Assembly: GCA_038087875.1 (NCBI GenBank)
Contig: CM075987.1
Span: 16,060,001 to 16,120,000, forward strand
DNA: 60,000 bases
Direction of reading: 5' to 3'
Origin: Malacoraja senta
Taxonomy: Eukaryota
The position numbers and the translations under genes are program-made. The notes below the pieces were generated by a model. It was given only the letters and a program-made list of their open reading frames with translations. It was not told the origin of the DNA and ran no database searches. Position 1 is the stretch's first letter, and the number at the start of each line of letters is the position of its first letter. Shown here piece after piece: positions 23,178-36,367 of the stretch.

Positions 23178-23862
23178 GGTAGACAAAAATGCTGGAGAAA
23201 CTCAGCGGGTGAGGCAGCATCTATGGGGCGAAGGAATAGGTGGCGTTTCGGGTCGAGACCCATCTTCAGACTGATGTGGGGGCGGGAAGAAGAAAGGAAG
23301 AGGCTGGGAGACAGTAGGCTGTGGGAGAGCTGGGAAGGAGGGAGAGAGCAAGGACTACCTGAAATTGGAGATGTCAATATTCATACTGCTGGAGTGTAAA
23401 CTACCCAAGCGAAATATGAGGTGCTGATCCTCCAATTTGCGGTGGGACTCAATCTGGCCATGGAGGAGGCCCAGGGCAGAAAGGTCGGATTCGGAATGGG
23501 AGGGCGAGTTGAAGTGCTGAGCCACCGGGAGATCAATGCTAACTGGTTATTGCGAACTGTGCGGTGGTGTTGGGCGAAGTGATCGCCAAGCGTGCGCTTG
23601 GTCTCACCGATGCAGGGCAGTTGACACCTAGAGCGGTGGATGCAATAGATGAGGTTGGAGGAGGTGCAGGTGAACCTCTGCCTCACCTGGAAAGACTGCT
23701 TGGGTCCTTGGATGGAGTCGAGGGGGGAGGTAAAGCGTCAAGTGTAGCATTTCCTGCGGTTGCACGGGAAAGTACCAGAGGAGGGGGTGGTTTGGGTGGG
23801 AAGGGACGAATTGACCAAGGAGTTACGGAGGGAGCGGTCTCTGCGGAACCACTGCTCCACTG
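23178..23862 (-). mobile_element. Penelope-like element 3' fragment (GIY-YIG and pLTR) with 13-bp TSD
   Basis: RQRFTCTSSNLIYCIHRSRCQLPCIGETKR; TSD CCAAACCAGCAAA at 23165-23177 and 23863-23875. Confidence 0.88.
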
Positions 23863-24409
23863 CCAAACCAGCAAATTTCAGACTATACATTTACTTGCAC
23901 CACTCAGAATTGTGGAGGCGTCAGACTTCTCCCAACCCAGAATAATGCCATTTTGCACACATTCTGGGCTGTTCTAGCTGAGATACTTCTCGTTTTTTGG
24001 CGGACGCTTCATTCTTGTTTTTGGAAGCAAAACCTTCTCCAAATGACATCAATAGAGGTGCAATGCGTAAACTTCATCCATAGTGAGATTTTCAATCTCA
24101 GAGGAGTGAAAAATGACAGTTCTTATTTACTCACAGAATAATCTGTTCTTTGTAAATCCTATTTTCCCAATAACTGAGACTTTATAGGGATCAATGTCAA
24201 ATGTTTCTTTGTCCTCATTAAAATCTGTGGTCTGCTGTGTCCTCAAACACAGGCTCTCACATGACTGCACTGCTTGTCAAGAGAGCTCAAGGTCATGGTG
24301 ACTCTCAGCAAACCTAACCTCAGGATCAATCCTGGATGCTATTGACCAACACTTCCTCCACACTGCTATGTTGGGGATGTTGCTTAATCTTTGGACTTGA
24401 GATGAGGAG

Positions 24410-24800
24410 ACTTTCGCTTGGGTAGTTTATACCCCATGAACAACACTTCATATTTTGCATGGGTAGTTTACACCCCATTGGCCCAGCGCAAATTCGAGGA
24501 ACAGCACCTCATATTTCGCTTGGATAGTTTACACCCTAGCGGTATGAACATTGACCTCTAACTTCAGATAGCCCGTGCTTTCTCTCTCCATCCCCTTCCC
24601 CGTTCTCCCACTAGTCTTACTGCTTCCGACTACACTCTATCTTTGTACCGCCCCCTCCCCTGACATCAGTTTGAAGAAGGGTCTCGACCCGAAACATCGC
24701 CCATTCCTTCTCTCCAGAGATGCTGCCTGTCCCGCTGAGTTACTCCAGCATTTTGTGTCTACTTTTGATTTAAACCAGCATCTGCAGTTCTTTCTTACAC
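24410..24800 (+). mobile_element. Penelope-like 3' fragment with triplicated 5' junction
   Basis: GAGGAACAGCACCTCATATTTCGCTTGG (EEQHLIFRL) followed by the pLTR segment with GAAGAAGGGTCTCGACCCGAAAC. Confidence 0.8.
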
Positions 24801-25944
24801 AGACTTTAACTACCTCCAGCTCGCGTCAATGGGCAGGGTGGGCAAATGCCAGTGTTACAGGCTGCACCAATGCACAGGCATTGAGAGACTGCAAACAAGC
24901 CATGTAATGACTGGCAGCCACCAGCTCAGGAGAATCTACCTACGGCCCTGGAGTCTATGCTTCCATATAACTAACTTTCCTCTGGAAACTGTTCATTGGA
25001 TATCTCACTGTAGATTAGATTGACATCTCACTGATGATTTTGCAAGTGCTCAACTCTTGCTTCACTGCAACATCCATTCATCAGTGGATGCGAAACGTCA
25101 CCTATTCCTTCTCTCCAGAGATGCTGCATGACCCGCTGAGTTGCTCCAGCATTTTGTGTCCATCTTAGATGATCATCTGGAGGACATGTTTCCCCTCACA
25201 ATTTCCCTTCAGGGACAAATAAAGTTCTATCGTATTGTACAGGATACTGAGTTGGATGATCAGCCATGATCATATTGAATGGCGGTGCAGGCTCGAAGGG
25301 CCAAATGGCCTACACCTGCACCTATTTTCTATGTTTCTATGTATGTGTTGGGTGGGACAAAACTGCTGTTTTGGCAGAAGGTCTCAGCTGGGCATTTGTC
25401 TTCTGGAAGGTGGCAAGGAGCATCTATCTCACCACACTGGGTTGGCAGGTAGCAGCCTTCTGATCAAGCCTAGGCCTGTAGAGCTCAGGTAACAATTTTG
25501 TCATTCCACTGCCGATACATATGACAATTTAGACACAAAGGGAAACTGTTGGAAGTGTAGGAAGGAACTGCAGATGCTGGTTTGCACCGAAGATAGACAC
25601 AAAATGCTGGAGCAACTCAGCAGGTCAGGCAGCATCTCTGGAGAAAAGGAATAGGTGATGTTTCTGGTCAAGACCCTTCTCCAGACCAATGTGATGGAAT
25701 TTAGTTTTAGTTTAGTTTAGTTTATTGTCACGTGAATCGAGGTACAGTGAAAAGCTTTTTTTGTTGCATGCTATCCAGTCAACAGAAAGACTATACATGA
25801 TAGTATAAGCCGGCAATCAAGCTGGCCAGTGTACAGATACAGGATAAAGGGAATAACATAGTGCAAGGTACGGTCTGATTAAAGATAGTACCTCTCCAAT
25901 GAGGTAGATGGTAGGTCAGGACCGCTCACTAATTGGTAATAGGA

Positions 25945-26400
25945 TGTAGAAACAAGGAACTGCATATGCTGGTTTATACCGAAGAGTCACAAAGTGCTGG
26001 AGTAGCTCAGAGGGTCAGACAGCATCTCTGGAGAACATGGGTAGGTAACGTTTCCAGTTGAGTCCCTTCTTCAAACCTTTAATTTTTGGGGAGGAGAATT
26101 GGGCAGTGCGGGACTGGGGAATGGGAAGGTTAGAGACTGTGGAAGGGAGATCGCCAGAGGCCATGAAATCAGAAACGGTTGGGGAGATGATGGCCTGGCG
26201 TTGGTCGCCAGAGGTCATGGTCAAGGGGTCAGTATGAGGAGGCCGGGCCTCAGCACGGTAAAGACCAGCCCGCCAGACTACAACAGCACGTCCCTTGTCA
26301 GCGGGTTTCATGACAATGTCAGGATTGCTACGGAGTGAGTGGAGGGCAGTGCATTGAGAGGGAGTGAGATTGGAGTGTCTGAGGTGAGTAGAGAAGACGA
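25945..26400 (-). mobile_element. Penelope-like fragment with N-terminal DKG motif fused to the pLTR 3' segment
   Basis: SNLTPSQCTALHSLRSNPDIVMKPADKGRAVVVW; the PADKG motif upstream of the RT core is characteristic of Penelope elements. Confidence 0.8.
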
Positions 26401-27389
26401 TGAAACACTCTTGCTTCTTAGAGTGTTCTTGCTTCACTCTTGCTTCGAATAAACACTGCGGTGTTTTAACCTGGTAGAGTTGCTGCCTCACCAGGTAGCG
26501 CCAGAGAGCCAGGTGTCAGAGGTTGTGGGGAGAAGGCAGGGGAATGGGGTTAGGAGGGAGAGATAGATCAGCCATGATTGAATGATGGAGTAGACTTGGG
26601 CCGAATGGCCTAATTCTACTCCTATTCCTTATGACCTTATGACATCCATAAATTGCAACCTTCAATATATTGGTTTATAATTATACGTGTACCAATATAC
26701 CGTGCTTACCTGCAATTAGTGGGGAGGGTGTTGTGGGTGGTCTATAGCATCTCCATCTCAAGAGTGGCTGACTGAAAAAGCAGACTCCCAAATGCACTCG
26801 GCATGCCTCTATCAATCTGTAACAGAAGAGCTGATTGATCAAGGGATATTCCTGCACATAACCCTCTTTAAAGAGGCACCTGTAATGAATGGACATTTGG
26901 TAGGCCTACTAATTAAATACATTCCGTTCCCAGTGTCACATCAGCTTTTACCCGAGTTCCTGCAATACGTCAGTGAGCAGCTGAGTTGTACCCACTGGAT
27001 TTCATCTCTGGTCACGACCCGAATCAGGGGAGATATTAAACAGGGAACTGTCTGTCTGTTGGAATAATTGTAAACAATCTCATCGTTCTGCTTGGGGTCG
27101 AATCAGATGTCAATACCAAAAGCTCTTCCTTTCAAACAGATAGATCATCGGTCCTTTCAGTTGCTTGTGGGATCCTTCTGGGCAAAGGTTGACCTGTGAG
27201 TTTGTGTTTGACTGGACTTTTAAATTCCTGAGCTGTGAGTCACTTTGGGAAGTCCTGGGATATAAATGATACAACTTAAACACATATTTCCTCTGCCCTT
27301 CCCTCGCTCCTTTCATCTTCTTTTCTCCACCACAATCACTTTACCTTAGTTTTCCTTTCAACTGTCCTAACGGAATGTAACCCCTTATA

Positions 27390-28560
27390 TCCAGAGGGCT
27401 GGAAAATAAAGCAAGCCCTGGTTGGACCACATCATGGAGTACTATAGCTAGTTTGGACCTCAGAAAGGATGTATATACTGGTCTTGGGTGAGATCAGCAG
27501 AGACTGGTTGTAATGTTTCTGATAACAGAGTTAAGGAAGTAGTTACAGGAATTTTAGAAAATCATAAAATCTAATCATGAAGAATAAATGTGGTTTTATG
27601 AAAGAGAAAACTAGTTTGCAAACGTATCTGTTTCTTTAGCATGTGTTGAACAAGGTGGATAAAATGGAGTCAGTTGATATTCCTCTTTACTCATGTTGCT
27701 TATTGCCAGAAATTGTTTGAAAAGTTGCCACATAAAGGCTTACTACACAGGTAAGAGCTTGGGGCACAGGGTGTAATGTATTACTATGGCAGGAGGATTG
27801 GCAATAACTAGGAATAAATTCCAGATAAACAAGTCTTAAACTGGTGGGAGCTGTCACATCAACTATTTATAATTTACATTAATGACTTGGATTAAGAAGT
27901 GGAGTGTAATCTAGCCTTGCACTGATAATACAAAGACAGGTGGGAATGCACATTGTGTGGAGAACACAGAGACTGCACAGATACAGATACAAGTGCACAA
28001 AAATGTGATCTGAGATTAATTTGAGAATCTGAGGTTTGGACGGAAGAATAGAAAACCAGAATGAAAGTTAACCTTATTGAAACACACAATTCTGAACGTG
28101 CTTTAGTGGGTGAATGCTTATTGGATGTTAACTCTCAGGGAGGAATCTAAACCTGGGACATGGTTTCAGAGTAAGGTGGAGACATGAGAAACTGCAGATG
28201 CTGGAATCTTGAGCAAATAACCAATGTGCTGGAGGAACTTATTGGGCGGGCAGCATCTGTATCACCGCCTCCACGGATGCTGGCTGACCTGCTGAGTTCC
28301 TCCAGTCCTTTTTACTTTTAGAATACGGTGTTGTCCATTTAACACTGAGATGAGGAGGACTTTCCTCCCTTGTGTTTGAGTCCTTGCAGATCTCTTCCTG
28401 CCACATAAAACAATGGAGGCTGAATCATACTGAAGGCTGAGGGACATTTTTGGTTTATGGAGGAAATGAGTTGTGATGGGGAATGTGAAGGAAAGTCAAG
28501 CTGAGACCAAAATTAGCTATAATCTTATTGAATGGTAGACCATGCTGGAGCCATTTGATT
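27390..28560 (+). mobile_element. Highly decayed CR1 LINE fragments
   Basis: Degenerate similarity to CR1 ORF2 and 3'UTR; interrupted at about 28180-28315 by a pLTR-derived inverted stub. Confidence 0.45.
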
Positions 28561-31500
28561 TTTTTTCTTCTCCTATTCTTATGTTCTTCTGCTTCATGGA
28601 ATAGGTTACCTAAATTGGGGTTCTGGTCCTGGGAATTCTGGAGTTTGATGGAACAGATGGAATTCTAGGCTTTGATGGAACAGATGGAAATAAACCTTTT
28701 GGGCAAATTGGAAAATCTAGGGCAACTTGGTATCAAAGCTGAGCCACTGGGAAGGAAAAGTAGGAAGAAACATTGTGGAATTGTCTCCTACAAAAACCAT
28801 TAAGTTAGTGCTTCATCAACATATATAACTCCCAGATTGATAGTCAGCTGTGTTGTGCTGTTCAGTGAAATGCTTCCAAGTCAATTTAATGGAATTGGGA
28901 TTCACATCAGCAAATATGTAATTGAGCGTTGAGGAAGCCTCAAAGAATTGAATGGCCTCAACCCGTTTCTAGAACATAAAACATACTGTCGAATTAGTTG
29001 TTCTGCACATAGTTCATATACAGTTCCTATATTAACCCTGCCTGCAGCAGACATTCCAATAGCACTATTCATAGTACAATGGGATGACCTAATTTATAAG
29101 GCATCTATAATATAGTAAAATGTCCAGAGGCAGTTTCCAGAAGCATTATCAGACAGAAATTGATCCCATGCCAAAGAAACATTAGGGCAGGTGACCAAAG
29201 AGAGATTTTTTAAAGTATGTCTCAAAGGGGGAGAGAGAAATATTTAAACAGGAAATTTCAGTTTGGGACCAAAGCAGCTCTTTCTCTCCATTCATCTCCA
29301 CACATATCGCTGCTATTCAAGTATGAAAAGCACAAGCAGAAAATTCCCAATAGATCAGGCAACACGTGGAAGAAGAACCAAGTTAATATTTCAGTCAAAG
29401 ACAAATGTCCATTAAAAGCCAACTGACTCCCACAGTTATCCTGATTTTGCTTCCTTCTGTAAAGACTTTATTCCATTACAGTTACAAGGAGAGATTGTAT
29501 AAACTGGGTTCATAGAAGTTTGAGTGGTGTCCTTGGAGCGATTTACAAAATTAAGAGGGTTATACAAAGGATAGATCGTCAGAATCTTTCTTTTCCCCCA
29601 AAGGAGAATCTTAAACTAGAAGACACAGGTTTAAGTTCAGAGGAGAAATTGAATATTGAATTTCACAATTTTGGATAACTCCCTTTCCCTGTTTATATCA
29701 GAACTAGTCAGTTCTGCTGCATTTCATCCACTTGTAATATTGCCTTCGTTTTTCTCTCTCCAGCAGCATCAATTGGTTTGCTGGACAATTCTTGTGGCTC
29801 TGTATTTCACAGCTTTCACATTCCTTTATTTGCATTCTTTCTAATCCTCATTTCCTAGCCTTTACCTTCCTTTGCTCGTGTTCTCTCCCTCTCTCCCTCT
29901 CCCTTCATTAATGCATCAACCAGGTGACTTCACCTACAGTTTATCCCCGTGACAATCCCTGTTTTGGTGATATATCCTTTGTCCTATCCATTCCTCTCCC
30001 ACACTCTCATGATATTCTCTATTTTTCCGGTTCTTCTAAACAGTCCTTGACCTTGTATGTTAACTTTATTTCTCTTTCCATGCATAATGCTTGAATGTTG
30101 TGTGTTTTTGGCATTTTCTGGTGTTTTAGATTTCAGATTTCCAGCAGCTGCAGCTTTTTAATTTTTAATGATCACAAGTGTCTGATGCCTTGAAATTGTA
30201 ACTTCACCAGACACGGCACCCTCTGGGGATGTGAGGGTGCGATTATGCATTGTACATCCTGTAGCAACACTAGCTGAACTCTGCTGTGCTAAGACTCCCA
30301 CCCTTCTAATTATCAGTCTGTGTATGTGTGCTGTACTTTGTTTATCTTCTATACAATTCTGGGCTGAACCTATTGCTTGGAGCTAGGTGTGGGGAAGTAT
30401 GTAATTACTATTTCTGTGCAACGTGATCTAGGTTGTCCTGAGTCCCCAAGGTACAGCTTGGCCTCTGAAGAGTCTGTCAGAATTCCAAGTGAAAGAACAG
30501 TCATCAAACTTGCGTCGGGTCGGGGCAATCTGCGTCAGCTTCTGAGCAAATCTCAAGTGTGTTGATTTTGCCCCAAGCAAGTCTCAGAAGGGTGGCTTTA
30601 GGGACAGATGGCTGTTTATCATTGTGTGTGGCCAAGATCAACAAACTATCTTAAAGACATTCTTTTAAAAAAAATATTACTGTACGAATGGTTCCCACCA
30701 TTACTTTCTCCCTGCCCACCCCCCCCCCCCCACCCACCAGAAAGGAACAGACGGTTGAGAAATTATATTTAAGTGTGAGCCTGGACAACAAATTTGATAA
30801 CATATTTGACAATGAAGCCCCATTCATGTGTAATCGGCCACATTGGGAGTTGGGGAATGTTCAGTGGGGACTTGGGGAGAAAGATGTCAATTATGTTTTC
30901 ATCAATCTGAACGTTCAGATCAGTCTGAAGAAGGATCCCGACCCAAAACATCATCTGTCGATTTCCCTCCAAAGATGATGCTGACCACTGAGTTCTTCTA
31001 CCGGTTTGTTTTTTGCTCGATTACAGCATCTGCAGTCTTCTGTCTCCACTGTGAAATCTCCTCAAGTACGCCCACTTTGAAGAAGTTTGCGTCCTCTATC
31101 GGATGGGAGTTCTGTACGATGCTCTCTCACTGCTCCCCCTGTATGACTCCTACATCAGTCTGAAGAAGGGTCTTGATCCGTGGTACTAGTTTAAAATTGA
31201 GCACCGAGGTTTTTCTAAGCCTCTTGTCAATCTTTATATTTGTTTCCTATTTTGTGCAGCCTTTGTTTGCCAAGTTCATTCCCTCCCTTCTCACACTAAC
31301 TGGGGGAGGCCACATACCTGGCAGTGCATGGCATTAGGGAAAGAATGACCTGTTGTTACAGTACCAAACTATGATTGCACGTATGGAAAATGTTTGTAAC
31401 CTCATCTCATAAGCAGGCTGATAAATACTTGTTTTATCTGAGAAATGTATAGGCCTTCAGGAAGATTCAAAACACTAGTGGATAATCAGTCTTTTCCAAG

Positions 31501-31919
31501 GGTAGGAGAGTCTAATGTGAGAAGGCATGGGTTTAAGGTGAAAGATTAAAAAGGGACGTGTGGTGCAGCTTTTTCACAGAGGGGTTTGGCATATGGAGCA
31601 AGTTGCCATAGGAAGTCGGAAAGGCAGGAACAAATCTGTTTAAAAAGCGTTTGGACACTTGTAATGATAGGAAGGGTATAGATGGGGAACGGGCCAAATG
31701 CAAGCAAATGGAATTAGCTCAAGTAGGCACTTAGGCCAGCATGGACTGTTTCCATGCTGTAAAACTGTATAACATGCTCTCCCTTCCAACTGCACAAAGC
31801 TCTGCTATTCCTCCCCATGTTCTCACACTACTCTTTCCCATGATCTTGGATGACCCCCAGCCAACATAACCTCCCACCATTTCACCACTCAACTATTTTT
31901 GACTCCACACTGTCCTCAT

Positions 31920-32650
31920 CTACAGAGCTGCTGTAGAGACAGTTGGCAGCTTCACGTTCCCAGGCATACATACCACCAGCTACCTAATCTGGTCCCTTTA
32001 CACTGATGCAGTTAATCAAGTTCAAGAAAGCGCTTCAGTATATCTACTTGCTGAGAAGATTCTGCATGTCCACAAGGATGCTCTCAAACTTTTACAGCTG
32101 CACAATATGAAGTATTCTTACAGGATGCATCTCGGCCTTGTATAGCAGCTGTTCTGTTTTGGACGGCCTGAACCTGCAGAGTGATGAACACAACCTAGTC
32201 CATCACAGGGTTATCACTTCCTTCCATCCAATCCATCTTTGTGGTAAGTTGCATCAGGAAGGCTGGGAGTATCGTCAATGATTCTTGCCAAACTGGCCAT
32301 TCCTTTTTTTTCCCCTCTTTTTCCTTACGCGGGAAAATACAGCAACTTGAAGCCTGGATGTCCAGACTTAAGAACATCATCTTCCCTACTTGAACCAATC
32401 GCCTCTTTCTCACCCCCTTGCTGGGGGTGCTGCCATGTACTGTCTCTTAAATACTTCATTCAGTTATTTTGTTATTGCACTAGTTTTGCAATACTTCAGA
32501 TTGCACTCAAATCTTTGCACCATTTTCTGCTTTGCATTTGTCATTTTATTTATCTATCATTATCATCTAAACTGAGTACTCCGCTTCACGTGAACAAGGA
32601 ATTTAATTGCACCATCATTTATATGACAATAAACTGATCTGAATCTGAAC
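31920..32650 (+). mobile_element. Decayed Rex1/Babar LINE 3' fragment
   Basis: Degenerate ORF 3' end; TGACAATAAAC-TGATCTGAATCTGAA tail. Confidence 0.6.
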
Positions 32651-32674
32651 TAACCCAGATGGCAGGAATGCGTG

Positions 32675-33590
32675 ACTATGATGCAAAATTAGGTGGAGAG
32701 GCAGGTAGTGTAGAGAAAGCAGGGACTCTGCAGAAGCACTTGGACAGGTTGGGAGAGTGAGCAGAGAAGTGGCAGATGGAATATAGTGTAGCGAAGTGTG
32801 GAGTCATGCAGTTTGGTAGTAGGAATAAAGGCGTAGACTATTTTCTAAACCATTTCTAGAGAATCCAGAAAGTGGAGGCAAAGGGACTTGGGAGCGCTGG
32901 TGTAGGATTCTCAAAAAGTTAATTTGCAAGTCGAATCGGGAGTAAGGAAGGCAAATGCAATGCTTGCATTTATTTCAAGAGGGTTAGAGTACAAAAACAG
33001 GGATTTAATGCTGAGGCTCTAAGGTGCTGGTTAGGCTGCATTTGGAGTATTATGAGCGATTTTGGGCACGAAAAGGATGTACAGGCTCTGGAGAGGGTTC
33101 AGAGGTGTACAAAAATGATCCCAAGAATGAGTGGGTTAACATATGATGAGCGTTTGACGACACTGGGCCTGTACTCGCTGGAGTTTAGAAGAATGAGGGG
33201 GACCTCATTGAAACTTACCGAATAATAAAAGGCTTGGATAGAGTGGATGTGGAGAGGTTATTTCCGCTAGTGGGAGAGTCTAGGACGAGGTCATAGCCTC
33301 AGAATTAAAGGACGTTTCTTTAAGAAGGAGATGAGGAGGAATTTATTTAGTCAGAGGGTGGTGAATCTGTGGAATTCTTTGCCACAGAAGGCTGTGGAGG
33401 CCAAGTCAATGGATATTTTTTAAGGCAGAGAGATAGATTCTTGATTAGTGCGGGTGTCAGGGGTTATGGGGAGAAGGCAGGAGAATGGGGTTAGAAGGGA
33501 GAGTTAGATCACCCATGTTTGAATGGTGGAGTAGATTTGATGGGCTGAATGGCCTATTTCTGCTCCTATCCCTTATGACCTTATGACTTG
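32675..33590 (+). mobile_element. CR1 LINE 3' fragment (frameshifted)
   Basis: ...GCAGAGAAGTGGCAGATGGAAT...GAGTTTAGAAGAATGAGGGGG...; (CCTTATGA)n tail. Confidence 0.88.
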
Positions 33591-34077
33591 ATTTTTGTCG
33601 CCCTTTCCAAAGTGTCCTACAGCCACTTAGAGTGTAATCACACTTTTATTGTTGGAAACATAGAACCCAATTTCTGCACTGCAACTTCTCACAAACAGGC
33701 ATGTGATAACAGGCTGATCATCTTTTTTAAATTATGTTGATTAATAGTAATACAGTAAATAACTTGAGATAAACCACTGGCTTTAAAATGACTGCTTACG
33801 ATCTTCAATGTTCAAAGAGGTTCTTGTCCAAAAGCACCTAATCGAAAGCCAGTTCCTCCAACAAAGGAGCACCCTCAACAGTGTGGTGGATTTTCTAACT
33901 GCAAACCCTGCAGTAGGATATTAGCACTGAATCTCTCGCTCCTTAGCCAGCAGACCACCACTGGTGAAAGATGGAAGCTGAGGCAAAAGGGAATCCTGTT
34001 AGTGACCAGCTCACCTTCTATATCTGGAGGGTTATATCGGAACACCACTGTATTTCTGACACACAGTGCTGGAGTAA

Positions 34078-34409
34078 TGGCCCTGTCCCACGATGCGAGT
34101 TCATTCAAGAGCTCTCCTGAGTTTACAAAAAAAAATCAAACTCGTGGTAAGCACGGAGAATGAACGTAGCGGGTACGTCGGAGCTCGGGGACGTCTCTTA
34201 GCGGCTCGTAACGCTAACGGCAGGTACTCGGGAAGACTCGCTAATGGAAGGCAAGCTCGGGAAGACTCGTGAAGATTTCTCAACATGTTGAAAAATGTCC
34301 ACGAGAGCCCCGAGTACCGACGAGCGGCCATTACCGTAAATCTCCGAGTTCGAATCAGGGCAAACTCGGGAGAACTCTTTGAATGAACTTGTACAGTGGG
34401 ACAGGGCTT
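34078..34409. mobile_element. PIF/Harbinger-type MITE nested in a Penelope-derived stub
   Basis: TAA-TGGCCCTGTCCCAC...GTGGGACAGGGCTT-TTA; splits GCTGGAG-TWA-CTC of the host repeat. Confidence 0.8.
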
Positions 34410-35019
34410 TTACTCGGTGGGTCAGGCCGCATCTCTGGAGGACATGGATGGGCGACATTTCCCAAGAGTTTGAAGAGTCAGAGTCTGAAGATGGATCCCA
34501 ACCCAAAACGTCGCCTATCCATGTCATCCAAAGGTGCTGCCAGACCCGCAACCACTCCAGCCCTTTGTGTTCTACGCAAACTTCCAGCATTTGCAGTTCC
34601 TTGTGGCTCTGTAATTCTGAACATATTTTATTATTTCCTGTTTAAACTTAAGGAGGAAGCGAACAAGTTGTGGATTCTCCCACAAAGCATCTGTGCAAAC
34701 CTGTTCACCCGCAGATATGTGCGACAAATCAGAACACAGGGAATGGAGGAATCCAACAGAAACAGACTAACCTAATTTATGAAAAATACCAATAAGAATT
34801 CAAGAAGATGAGGATAGGATAAACATGGGAGTGACTGGAATAAATGAGCAAGAACAAAATAATCAGGTGTGAAGATAGAATGCATATACGCATTGATGAA
34901 ATTATAAACAATGATGGCTGCAGCTTAACATGATTCGTAATACAAACAAACCATGAAGCAAAACCGATAACATTCAAAATAAATTAAAGACAAAATAACA
35001 ACCTTGCGCCAATATTGCG

Positions 35020-35245
35020 GCGGTATTGCTTCATTTGTCTGCGTGTGTTTTATCGTGTTCTCCCCGTGACTACGTGGGTTTTCTCCGGGTGCGCCCACAC
35101 TCCAAATACGTATGGGTTTGCAGGTTAATTGGCTTGGTAATAATTGTAAATTGTCCCTAGTGCGTGTAGGGTAGTATTAGTGGTCTGTGCTGATTCGGTC
35201 GGCCGAAGGGCCTGTTTCCGCGCTGTATCTCGAAACTAAACTAAC
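35020..35245 (+). mobile_element. HE1/V-SINE-like SINE (partial; second body fragment at about 35385-35460)
   Basis: TTCTCCCCGTGACTACGTGGGTTTTCTCCGGGTG core; GGCCGAAGGGCCTGTTTCCGCGCTGTATCT tail. Confidence 0.7.
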
Positions 35246-36278
35246 GTGGGGTGAAGAAACTGGGTAATGGGGGTGGGAGTGGACACAATGTGAGAGGCTA
35301 AGAAGCTTCACCCCCTCACCTCATGTGGCTATTGCCACATTACATACTCAGCCCTGATGCATGGTCTCAACCCAAAACGTTGAGCACTCCAAATACGTAC
35401 AGGTTTGTAGGCTAATTGGCATCGGTAAAATTTGTAAATTGTCTCTAGAATGTGTAGGGTAGAGCTGGAAACACCTGGGGGCGTGAAATTCCACCCATCC
35501 GTAAATGGGGCTGGTCAGATAAAGATATTAGCACGCCACACATAGCATGAGACAGCAAAGAAGAAAAGGATGGGGTGTGAATTGGGGGGGAGGTGTGTGG
35601 AGCTGGCGGTCTGTGGAACTGATGTCCTGTGCTGGATGTTGTTTCTGTAGATAAGAAATATAAGAAGAAATGGAACATTCTGTTCCTCCAGTTTATGCTT
35701 TTTAACCTTATTGTTTGGTTTTTCCATTGAACAGGGTCATTACAGTGCTTGAAGTAAACCGTATGAAGGTACTGCAAATCTCTTGTAACAACCAACACTT
35801 GAAATATTATCTGTATAGTTGGGATTGTATCTTTACCCCAAACACTCTCATTTTATGAGCAGACATTGTTAATGAATTAACTTTGTTGTTGAGATGGTTT
35901 AATTGATTGTCAGAGGTTTGTACTTTGTGGGAGGCCACACCCAAATACAAGAGTTATATATTATTCTCATGTCCTTGATATGATGAGGACCAATGGATAT
36001 CAATCATATTAATGGCATGTCATTATGGGTTGGTCTCTGAAATATAAATCCTGTGAAATGTGTTTACCATGTATAAAGGAAAGTATGTTGGTTTCTGATG
36101 TGATGATTCACATCAACAATATTCAAAGCTCAAAATGTGCCAAGGAGAGTGAGTCATTGCAAATTGTTTGAAGTGCTCAGCTATGGAAAAAAAAAACGAG
36201 ACTGCCTGCAAACCTGTAATTTTGCAAAATATAAGATATCTTTGCTGACAGTTCAGCCGATCCAGTAGAAATCTTTTC

Positions 36279-36367
36279 GAAGGGTTTCGGCCAGAAACGT
36301 TGCCTTTTTCCTTCGCTCCATAGATGCTGCCGCACCAGCTGAGTTTCTCCAGCACTTTTGTCTACCT
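36279..36367 (+). mobile_element. Short Penelope pLTR derivative with 11-bp TSD
   Basis: TSD GAAATCTTTTC at 36268-36278 and 36368-36378. Confidence 0.8.

Noticed and set aside
28631..28690. Tandem duplication of about 28 bp (similar 24-bp duplication at about 48143-48195)
   Set aside because: Ordinary local slippage duplications with no further structure
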